Assembly: GCA_013265495.1 (NCBI GenBank)
Contig: PNXW01001157.1
Location: 1 to 64,000, forward strand
DNA length: 64,000 nucleotides
Direction: 5' to 3'
Origin: Vicugna vicugna
Taxonomy: Eukaryota
Shown one piece after another: positions 38,622 through 49,990 of this stretch. Every line of letters begins with the position of its first letter. Positions within the stretch are counted from its first letter, which is position 1. The notes below the pieces were generated by a model, which did not search any database, was not told the DNA's origin, and saw nothing but the letters and a program-made list of their open reading frames with translations. Made by a program: the position numbers and the translations under genes.

Positions 38622-41161
38622 TTCTCAAGGAGATTTTCTGAAATAAATGTTTTACTCATATACAGAGAGCAAAATGCATTTGTTTAATTTTTGCCAGTAG
38701 CATTTTTACAAGACATTACAACAGAAGCACTTTCTTCATTTTATGTATTTAAGATTCTGTGCTAAAAAATTATTAGCATAGAACAGACCTTAACATTTTA
38801 GTTTTATAAAAGCGCAAGAATGGAAACCTCATTTTAAGGAAAAATCCATTAAAGTTAAAAAAAAAAACTGACTAAACTTTTCTAAAGGGCAGTTTTTCTA
38901 AGAATTGCAAGATAATGCATTTAGTGTAAAATATGACTTGAATTGTTTAATCTATAAAATATGAAATTATATGTATTCAATAGGACAATATTTATTGTAC
39001 TTTTCATCAGATGAATCTAAATAGCATTATATATATATATATATATATTCTCTATTATCTAAAACCAAAATAAGTAGAAATTTATTTTATTTTATTCATG
39101 TGTTTTTTTTTTTCTATTTAAGCAGTCTCCAAGTTGGATCTAGTCTCTAAAAGTATTATTTAAAAGTCACATTTTATAAGCTAGCTCTCATTCCCATGAT
39201 ACTGTCTCTTGTTTAATTTAAACATTATAAATATTATTTGACTTATTTCAGATGCAGCAGGAGTTGGAAAAAATATAACTAGAGAACTAGAAGAAGATAC
39301 ATTGCCAAAATTTATGAATTACATTTAGACATTGATTTCTGAAATAAACTGTAAATAGTAAATAGCATCTCTTTCCATTGTTTGAATAACAGACACTATG
39401 TTACATTTTTTCTTATCCATACCTAATGAAAAATGTGAAAACAAAAGCATTCATAATGAAAAATATACTTATTCCTCATTTATTCATAATGACCCATAGC
39501 TTTAAAAAATAATCTCAAGAAGCCTGTGTTCTCTGTTCATTTCTGGCTGTATCCTCCCTCTCCTCCTGCTGTCCCTGTGGGGCTGTCACCCTACACACTG
39601 ACACTGTTCTCAGAAAACCTGGAGGTCATCAGCTTCTTGAGTTTCTGGTAGTGAAATGAGGCCAAAAACCCAGACTCAAGCAATCACAGTCTATGTAGCT
39701 GCCACTGGTGGGTGACAATTAAATTTCCTGTCATTGACTTTGTCATTGGTTAATCTTTTGCCCTCAGGGAAAATTCCAAATTCCTTAGTTTGGAATAAAA
39801 AACACATCAATTTGGTTCTTGCCAAAGTGTTCAGATGTATCTCTTTACTCCCCTGCTCTGCTGCTTTGCCCCAGCGTCTGGCCCAGCTAGACTGCTTCCG
39901 GTTCCACATGTGCCCTTCCCTGCCTCTAGCTTTTGTATTTGCTTCTTCCCTCTCCCTCCCACACTTTGTCCTCTTCCTTCAGGTATCTGCTTACATATCA
40001 CCGCCACCAAAAGGGGGCAATATTGGCACAAAGCTCGATGTCCCTTCTAAGTGTTCCCGTTGTGCCCCCTTTTATACCTGCTGTGGTGTTTATGACTCTG
40101 TATGGAAGTTGCCTGTTTTTCCAGTTTATGGTATGTGATTCTTCAGGGTGGACTTTGTCATCTTCATCTTGCAGTTCCAGTGCTTCACACAGTGTCTCAG
40201 CACATGGTTGTTGAGCCAATGAATAAAGAATGAGAAAACCAGCAGCTCCAATACTTAGCCACACGAGCAGGTAATGATTCAATGCGCAGCCCTGGGCAGA
40301 TTCTAGAATCGTCATCTTGCATTTTGTATTGTACTCATATATAGATACTTTTCATTCTTTTTAACACTTAGAAAGGTCTCAGCTTTTAAAAAAACTAACG
40401 TATATTTAGTTACCTATGAAGTATTTTAGATAAAGAATCTTAATTCTTTTTCTTTCCAGTTGCTGCTGAACTTGAATCTGGGTCCTGTAGAGCTTCTCCT
40501 GTAGGATCCACAGCAGCGCATGGGGAAGCCGCTCTGGACAGCTTTGTGTGGGGTCTGGAGGCTTCCTCTCTCAGCTCTGGGTGTCTCTGTTGCTAACCCT
40601 TCCTAGCTGTCTGGCCGCCGGAAACCCACTCCACATGTTGTGCCCTGAAGATGGGTTCTGTTTGTAACTCACTTCTACTCCTTGGAAAACAATTCCATAA
40701 AAATTCAATTGGTTTTCGCCCAGCTGTGGGCAGGGATGAGAAATAGCATATTATTAGTTTATAAAAGATATAAATAATAAAAGAAGTCATAGAACAGCCC
40801 TGGGCACAGCAGAGAGTCAGTGATGCCTCCCGGCCTAAAGCAGAAGTGATGGCTCAGTGTTCCGTGGCTCCCAGGCGTGCTGGGCTGCTTACTCCTTTCC
40901 TCCCTTACACTTTTTTCTTTTTTTACTAAGAAAGAAATATGTACATATGGTAAAAAATTCAAACAGAGCACAGAAATACACAAAGGAAAGGTTTCCTTCA
41001 TCCTCTGTTGTCTCAGCCCTCCCTGGAGGTGTCACTGTTTACAATCCTTTGTGTGTTTTTCCAAATAGGCTGTGCACATTCCAACCTATGCATGTAAGTT
41101 CCTTTAACATTTTACTTATTTTTAACCTAAAGGAATTTAAATCCTTAAGTGGCTTCTGCCC

Positions 41162-41600
41162 TGTGATAGAAAAGAACAAATCTGATTCTGTATTAGATCT
41201 GTTCCTTTGACTTTAACCCTGTGCCCTGTTTCCTAGGCTTAGATTGCCAGCTCTGCACCTTTTGTGAAACAATGTTGCCAACAGCCTGAACTACACAGGA
41301 GAGCCTGTTCTCAAGGCTCTGACCTTTAAGGATATTAGCACTTTTACATTCATAAAGATAACAAGTTGAAGAACAGAAAATAACTTTTGTTAGTTTTACA
41401 GGGGCACCATGACCTGACTCACATGGACAGCTAAAAGAAAGAAGGATTCCAAGAACAAAGAATTCCTACACCAAGAAGTTTGCAACAAGTGACCACATCC
41501 CTTCCCCTTTTCAGTATAAAAAGAGCTTGAATTCTGACTTGGGGAAGATGGTTCTCCAGGATATCCAGTCTGCCATCTTCTTGGTCTGCTGGCTTTCTGA
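41162..41600 (+). mobile_element. Probable ERV solo LTR
   Basis: TG start, TATAAA near 41516, AATAAA near 41600; 3' end not resolved. Confidence 0.6.
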
Positions 41601-42019
41601 ATAAAGTCTCTATTCCTTTTTGATTAATTCATTGTAGTTGTGTTCATCTTTCTCCAGTGACCCTTTCCTTTGTAATATGGAGGAAGATTCTTTTGAAAAA
41701 TCAGCATTATTTACATCAATTCCATTAGCTTGTCATCATTGTGCTTGTGTATTAGAACAGATAAACAACATAAAGAATAAAATAATTTCTATTTTACTTT
41801 AACAAAGGAAAATTAAAGGGATGCAAATAAATTTAGTATCAATTTTGATTTAATACTGACTCTTTACAGCTCAAAAAAAGTCAGGAAAAAAATACAATTG
41901 TTCTCTCCTTATCTTAAGCAAATTTGCCTAAATGTTGAAAATGATAATGATACCTAAATTCACCTTTTTCCCCACGTTGAGACAGTGATAGACCCTTTAT
42001 GTTTTGTTCTTTTGTTTAA

Positions 42020-42170
42020 TCTTCACAACATACAAGGGAGTGGTATTATTCATACCATTTTGAATATGAGGAAACTGAGAATCAGGAAGACAAGGTAACT
42101 TATTCAGCGTCACCAGGCCTGGAAGTGGAGGGGCTGGGATGAATCAAGGTCTGTCTGATGTCAGAGTTCA
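42020..42170. mobile_element. MIR SINE remnant
   Basis: CCATTTTGAATATGAGGAAACTGAG core; similar remnants near 50590-50770 and 62300-62500. Confidence 0.7.
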
Positions 42171-43950
42171 TACATCATATACATTCACTATTTTATACAG
42201 ATCTTTGTGTGGAGATTCTGTTTTATTTGATCTAAAATAACTTTTTTTTGGTGGTGGTGTAGAGTCCTCAGGCTGCCCAGAAGGAGGCTCAAATTAAAGT
42301 ACATGAAGATCTGCTTTAACAAACTGAAATAACCAGTGCTGCACAAAACCAGCTCTTATCCCACATGTCGAAAGAGAAAGCAGAATTACATCCTGAGCTA
42401 GATGCTCTACCCGGCCATGCTTTAGAAGGTAATTTGGATGAAGTTTTAGTTAAATAAATTGCATGGTAAATTTGCTCTTTGAGTTTTCTATACTGTTCCC
42501 TTGTCCCTTATAGCCCGACTGAATAGCCGCTGTATTTATTTATGCTTTTAATAATCGTTCCTTTAATTTGCATGCATAACTTTGGGGGGATGTAATTACT
42601 GTCATTGCGAAAAATGAGTGGCAACTTAAAAGAGCTTACTTAACATTATTAAACAACTAGTTTTTTATGAATAAAAAGATCAACCATGTTTCTGAATTGG
42701 TTATTTAAATTGTTTAAAGTATTAACCAATTTCATTACTTTGCATATCTAACTGCCTTAAAAATAAATTTATAAGCTTTTGCTGTGGCATCTGTTCCATA
42801 TACCTTACAAATGGGACATAATCTTGTTTTACGTGGGAGTTTTTAACATTGGATCTGTTTTGGTTGGAGTATTGCTTTTTGTTTCCCTTTTGCTGTTATT
42901 TACACAGATCTAGACAGCACACCATTAGGCAAGTATGTTTAGTTTTCTGTGTACCTACAGCTGCATGAGTTACTAATTGTTCATGTACACTAATTTTGGT
43001 TCATCTTATTTTAAAGATTTTTATTGATAGCCAGCTGGTTTCTGCATGATCTCTTTTTGAAATATACCTGTGACCACAAACATACTAAGTCTTTTGTCTT
43101 TCTTACACATTCCCATTTTTTAAAATTCTTAGGTATTTAAATAAGTATGTTTAGTTAACTTTCTGTTTCATTATTTGAACTCCAGTTTCAGGTCCAGTTT
43201 CATAAGCCCTTTTTTCTTATAGGCAAAAAATGAAACATATATTCCTTTTTAATTTTTAAATATATCTGTTAACTTGTATCTGTTCTTTTACACTCATAAG
43301 CAATTTTGTTATCTACCTTTGGCATATATTTGTCTTTGGCGTATATATGCTAGATTTTTAGCTGTTCTTAAGTTTTGTAAAATTAAGCACATATATTATT
43401 AACTGAATAAAACTATCCAAAGGACTTTATAGGAATAGATTGAAACAATATTTATAATCATAACATGGTATTTTCAGGTTGGAAAGAGCTTTAGATTTCA
43501 TTGAATATTGAGATTTTCAGTTTTTTCTCTTACCACTGTAATATTCATGTGAACCACACCCACCCTGAGAAGTATCTATGCTCCTCCTGGTGATTTATAT
43601 ACATGGAGGACCAAGGGTATCAGGGTAATTTCATTACTTGTGATTTTTCGGAATGATTATTTTGGAGCAGTCTTTATATAATTAAAATTATTTCAAAATC
43701 TTATCTTAACTTTTTTTTCTAATCACACAACTGTCAAAAGTTTTCTAAATACTTATAATTGAAGGAGAGGAATGTAACTGAAAGATTAAATGTAATTACC
43801 TTTCTAGGTCATTAAACATAATCTATGAATCTGAATTTATTTAAAATAAATTTATGTTAAATAAGGTGTTACACAAATAAAATATATGAGCTATTTAATT
43901 TTTTTTACATGTTTACACTGTGTATTAATCTCAAAATAGTATTTCCTTAG

Positions 43951-44085
43951 TGGGGAGGTGATAACTACAGTGGTAGAGCACACACGTAGCATGCACAAGG
44001 TCCTGGGTTCAATCCCCAGTACATCCACAGGAAAACCAAATAAACCTAATACCTACACCCTGAAAAAAAATAAAAAAATAAAAAG
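43951..44085 (+). mobile_element. tRNA-derived SINE (Vic-1-like)
   Basis: CAGTGGTAGAGC...AGCATGCACAAGGTCCTGGGTTCAATCCCCAGTAC plus A-rich tail; 16-bp TSD lies further out (see findings). Confidence 0.9.
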
Positions 44086-45289
44086 TTTCCCATCACAGAA
44101 TGTATGCACAGCACTAATAAAACAATTTTAAAAAAATGGTATTTCCTTGAGATCGACTCTGTAATATAGATATGGACAAGAAAATCTCAAAATATTAGTT
44201 CCTTGAGATCAGCCCTGTAGTGTAGATATGGACAGGCTACTCCTTTGAACCCGGGCAAGCTGTGACAAGGACGGGTGGAGAGCGGAACCGTGGTTGCATT
44301 GAGGAACCATGTTAGACTGCCCACGTCCCTGGATCATAACCAGAATTTTTACCATTCCACGTGTTATCAAGCACGTTTCTGCTCCTCTTCCTCCTTGTTC
44401 TTGTTCTGCTCTCCATCTTCCTCCTCTACCTTCTCTTTATTCTTCTTCATCTAAGTGGCTCCATTATCTCTTTTAATTTGGAAGAAAAAGTGCAACGCCC
44501 CCTTTGATGACCTTTTGTGCAGATAAATATTAAACTGCTATTTGATGAGTGCTGTTGCTTTTCACAACTTTCCAACATCTGTAGCTCAAAGAAGGGTCAT
44601 AAGCAGAGACAGGATACACATTTAGTTAATATGACCTGTGACTCATGGCAGAAATTTTCCCTGAGAACTGGGGCCATGATCTAGCCCACAGGTTCCTGAA
44701 AGAGCTGGAAGGAGAAAAACACAGATGTTTAATTCATAGAAGCTACGTAGTCATATATGCATTGCCTTGAAGAAATACTTATTTAGTTCCAATTTATCTC
44801 ATGTATTGGACTGGGTGCTGAAATTTGAAGATAAATAAGACACAAAATCTTGCACTCACTGACTGATGCCTTGCTGAGGGCAATGGACCATGAACAGATT
44901 GTGATATACTGCAGTGAGGGCAGAGACTGAAATTTGTACAGGGAGTTATGGAGGTAAAGAGTGGGGTTACCCAGCAAGAATGGAGGAGCTGGTGAAGGCT
45001 TTCTGGAGGGGGCAAAATTTGAGCTGAAACATAAAGGAAGAAAAAAGTAGTGAGGCAAAAGACAAGGTGGAAGTAGATGCAGAAAAGAGTCCCTCTGTGC
45101 AGTAAGTTAAAGTGTGGGCATTTAGCCACAGTATTACAGGCACGAGCCCTTCGAGCAGATTGGTGCCCGGGAGCAGCAAGGTTGTGGTGCTAGGTGATGG
45201 GATATGAGGCTGGAGGGGGAGCCGGGCCCGTCCCTCGTGCCTAATAGGCTTGTGTTGTAGCCTTTGAAGAACATTCTTATTTCTTTCTT

Positions 45290-45860
45290 CCCTATCTGCA
45301 TTAATGCTCCTAGGATGTTTCCCTGTCTTTGGAAATTTGCTAGAAGACTCATGGGGTTCAGCAGATAGTTGTCTTCATGGTGAAGATTCATAAGAGCGGT
45401 GCAGGAAGGATCCACAACAGGATTATAAGGGAAAAGATGCAGACAGAGTTGGGGAGAATCCATGTCCAGGCTTCCTTATGCGCTCTCCCTCCCATGAGAG
45501 GTCACACAGAGTGCACGCTTCCCCCGGAACAAAATGCAGCAACCTGTGTGCATTGTTTGTGCCCAGGGAAGTGTGTTAGGCACTCAGCACCTGACCTGAG
45601 GTTTTTACTGAGGACTGGCCACACAGATAACCTCTGTTTAGAACATACTGGAATTCTAGACCTTAGGTAGAAAGTTGGAGGTCAGCATAGGACATACTGT
45701 TGCACAGACATTCTAGGGAGAATGAACTGACCTCATTAGTTAACCGGTGACTAGGGGCACTCAGAGCCAAGTTTCCAGGGGCCAGATGAAGTCCGACCTT
45801 ACAAGCAAGCCAATCTAACGATAGTCGTCTCTGAGCTTTTGTGTTAACTCTTCCATACAC
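45290..45860. mobile_element. Old LTR remnant (MER21-like)
   Basis: Recognised by general motif similarity only; boundaries approximate. Confidence 0.5.
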
Positions 45861-48800
45861 TACTTATATATAAAACCTTTTTTACTTTTAAAAAGACTTT
45901 GAAGTAATAACTGGTTAATATCTAGTGCAGTGAGATCATGCAGCTTTATACTGATATGGATGAGCTTTAAGGCATTTGGGGGTTTTAAGTCTCTGCCTTT
46001 AGCTTTTGCTGCAATGATAAGAAAAGAAACTGGGGTTGAGTCGGAATAATGTTCTTAGAGTTGAGAGTAGAGCAGGGAGGTGGTGGCATGTCCTGCTGCC
46101 CAGATGGCCATCATGCTACAGACCAAGGGGTCTGCTGTGGTGAGCGTCTGGGTGAAGGTCTCCATCCTCTGGCTAGTTGGTTATTTCAGACCATAATTAT
46201 CTCTACATAAAGCATACGTGCATATGCAGGAGTTCAGTAGTTTTTACTAAGCACTCACATGATGTTTAACATACTAACCGGTTTCACCCCTCCCTACAAG
46301 AACATTAACTGATCAGTCTTAGTCTGCTTTTAAACATGGGAAAGTCAAGGCTGTGTTTGTCATCTTGACATTTCCTATATTACTAATTCAGTCACCTCAG
46401 CGCTCAAGTTTCCTGTCTGTGAAGCACTTCCATAGCCTCCACGTGTGGGCTTTGAGGTATATATGGCCTTCAAGAAAAACTTCTCATTTCAAAAAGTAAA
46501 CTCCCTCTGTGTGGGTCCCAGAAGGGCTCCACTTTAGAGAGTGCTCTCAGGTGGTATGACTTTCCATCCCAGTGGCTGCTGAACAGTGAAGAAGAAAGGA
46601 ATTCATTGACTCAAGGGCACAATCTAGAAGTTAAAGTTAAAGGGGGATGAATCCTATATAGTTCTCATTAACATATATAATCGATAATATTGTCTAGTTT
46701 TGTGGAATGACTTTATAATAAAATGCATAAGTTTTGAGAACTTGTACCTGTGTTGGGGGCTCTTTGACATTTTCAATAGTTTACTTTCAGCGGCTATTTT
46801 ATTTACTGACTTCCTACTAGGTTCACATGCTTGCTTTTCCCTCTCTTTTTTATTAATGTGCTGCTGCTGTTCTGCAATAGCAGTGGTTTGTTTGTATTTA
46901 TTTTCAAAACCTTTGCATGGAAACGTATGGTTTTTGTCTTTTGTGTACGTGTGAATGAGCCACATGCTGATGTGTGCTTCTGAGTACCTTCACACATGTA
47001 CTCTCTCTCTGCTTGCAAACAAAAATAAAGATAAGGGACAGTATTTATGTAAACTGGAATACTGATAAAGAATACATACCAAATATGTTTACACTTACAT
47101 AGTATTTAAAGTTGGCTCAGTACATTAGACGGAGCTCATGTAGCATTTACTTAAATCTTGTGTTTTACTCTGGTTTTTCAAATGTGGGATGAATGGATGA
47201 CATGGGATAAATATATACTCTGAAAAATATAAATAATTATACATACTCTGACAAATACATGATCTCATTACATCTCAAATTCATACTCTAATAAATACAT
47301 GATCACATTATATCTGATACATGACCATGAACTCTTTCCTATGTTTTATCATTCAAACTCATGGCTTTCCAGTTTTGAACTTTATTTTTTCCTCATCGTA
47401 GGACATATAATCAAAGTAGTTTCCTAGAAATATTTTTTACATTTCTATTTTGGATTCTATATTCTAAAACCAAAGTGCCCATATCGAGACCTCAGGCTGA
47501 TGTTTATTACAGCATAGTGATCACAGTCATCATTCAAGTTGTGCTTTGTGGATAATACACACATTATGGAGTTTTCTTTATAGAAAATGTGGAGGACAGC
47601 ATGATGTAGAGGATGTACCTTTACACAGGTAAAGCTCAGGGTCAGAAGGAAGGTAAGAGAGTCTTCAGAAACTTAATAGATTTGACTTATTTCTTTAATA
47701 TTTTAATATATTTAGCTGTTGCTTCAAACAATTACCTTAAGACAAATAATTTTGGAGTTTATGACTAAGTGAAGACACTAGAAACAGTAATAGGGAAACC
47801 AAACTGAGTAACGCTTAAAACTTCAAAACCTTTAAAAATAATGGAATATTTAAAGAAGGAAAATGAATTATTTTAATTCGCTTTGATTTTGCATATTGTC
47901 ATTCTGTGCTTTCCACAGGCATAGGAATTTTTTCCCCATATTTATACTGAGAGAGGACATATAGTTTTCTATAGTAACTTCCCTTTTCATCTTGTGGTTA
48001 ATTATTTGCTCATAGCTCACTGTCTTCAGACCTTATGAAGCTTTGTGGTGAAGTGAAACCTAAAAACAAGGTAAGGAGAACTGAAAACACCAGGTAACAT
48101 TTTTACTGCTGTTCTTTATGATTTCTATTGAACACGGAGGGCGCAGGCTCGGCTCTTCACAGGCTCACAGGTGGGCATGCTTTCACCGAAGCTTTCACGT
48201 GTGAGAAAGTGTTTATTATACTCCCCTTAGGAAAAAAGATATATTGAACAGTTTCTCCTTTATGGGGCTTGTGACCTACTCTATTCTTGCACTTTTCCCA
48301 CCAGATAAGATATGATTATGTAGAGCAATCTTTCAAAATAGTTAGATTGATAGGAGATTTTTGAAATTTAGCATTCTAATATGTTCTTCTGTGTTCCTTA
48401 TTTATTTTGCTTAATTGTATCCAGAGGTGGTTTGAATAGGCCAACTCTTAATCATCATTTTCTTTTAAAAACTGAGGCTATAATGGATACTTGTGAAGTT
48501 TAAAAAATATGAGTAATATACTGTTAAATGTGTAAGATGCACACGATATATTTCAGATTGCGTGTTGGCAGCTACTGGGTGAATTATAACCACCTTAAGA
48601 TGTTTTTCGGATTTTTGCAGTGCTTGGTAAATATCTGTTGAATGAATGGGTGGAATCAGGACCTGAAAGATCAGTACTGTGCTAGTGGACAGGATGGACT
48701 TGAGGCCCACAGTGGTCAGCCAGGTGATGCAAATGAATATTTCAGTTGGATGTAAGACAATTAGCAGGGGTCAGCATGATTACCTGAAGAGGACATGCCC

Positions 48801-49579
48801 CATCTAAAACAAGTGCCACCACTCCACTATTGCTCATTTTTGCCATGATGGAATATGGGCCTTAGAGAAGCCTTAAATATGGATTTCAATGGAGAATTTC
48901 TTTATCTTTGAAATACTGGGCTTGCCAATCAAAAAACATCTGCAGGCTTCATGTGTGGTCCTTGAGCTACTGGCTTGGTAACGTGTGGTTTGCGTCTTAT
49001 TATTCTAAGTGACTAAGCAGAAGGTACCCAGACTCAAAGAAAACATTCTAGTGTAGTTTGGATCCAGTCTTAAGTGGGGGAGAAAATCTCTTAAGGTGAC
49101 TTTGGGTCTCAGGCGCTGTGAAGGCCTCGCTATTCATGCCCTTGCAGGATGCCAGGGAGAGACGTGAAGGCGGGGCCTCAAGGCCGTCTCCTGAAAACAC
49201 CACTGTGGTTAGGAAGCCCGGGGAAAGATGGTTCCACTGGCAGCGGAGAGGACTGGCAGGATGAAAGGCTGGCCTGCAGGGCTTGTTCTTCTTTCTTTTT
49301 CTTTTTGGCAGTGAAGGGTCATCATCTTTATCTGCATTGGACACGATATTTAAAATATGAGTCTTGCCAGTTCTGAGAAGAGAAGTGCTCCCAAACCTGC
49401 ATATACCCAGCACTCTCTTCTCCAAACACAAAGGAGCCCACAGCATTTCTCAGAGGGATGCTCAGCTGACAGCGCTGAAGGCAGCCCCCGCCAGGGCCAG
49501 TGTGACAGTAATGAGAACCAGGAGACCCACAACGTCTTCTTCCTGTAGTTCTGGGCTCCGTGAGGTCTTGTTCAAGTGC

Positions 49580-49990
49580 TGCCTTCTAGCAAGCCTCGAC
49601 CCTCCAGCCCGCCGCCCAGCTGGCCGCCCTCGCTGCTCCGCAGCTGCCGCTCGTCCTCGGGCTGCGCGGCGCTCGCGGGGGAGCCCGGCCGGCCGGGCCG
49701 GGAGGCTGCCAAGGGCGCGTGGCCGCTGGCGGAGGCGGGCCCGCAGGGCCCGGGGTGGGGGGATGCGGCGCTCGCTGCCCAGCCGGCTCCACTGCGCGGG
49801 GCGGCGGATCCCGGCAGCGAAGATGAGCCCCGTCAGAAGTGCGAGGCCCAGCGGCTGGGAGCGAGTGGAGGGACGGACCGAGGGCGGGCGGGCGCCCGGA
49901 GCGGAGGTGCGGGCTGCAGGGGGAAGGAGGGGGTTGGTGCGCGTCTGCAGGACTTACTTTCCGGAAGTTTTCTCGGGCTCTCCGCCACTC
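49580..49990. promoter_or_regulatory. CpG island with GC boxes and an ETS motif
   Basis: Very GC- and CpG-rich ~400 bp in AT-rich surroundings; GGGCGG boxes; CCGGAAGT at 49961-49968. Confidence 0.75.

Larger units (their letters stand above)
33485..40512 (+). pseudogene. ANKRD26: Unprocessed partial ANKRD26-family copy; exons 33485-33578, 35371-35417 + 37201-37262 (split by ACTB retrocopy), 37839-37867, 38031-38100, 39252-39296, 40460-~40512
   Basis: Peptides [85 protein letters not shown] and AAELESGSCRASPVGST match remembered human ANKRD26 (SISENFPQKYVD, VFYIPSCMSGSRNFKMAKLEDTRNVGMPVAHM, ESPERYLHLK, DSVPNKAGGMKDVQTS, MQQELEKNITRELKE, AAELESGSIASPLGST). Mostly AG/GT borders with compatible phases. 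Confidence 0.9.
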
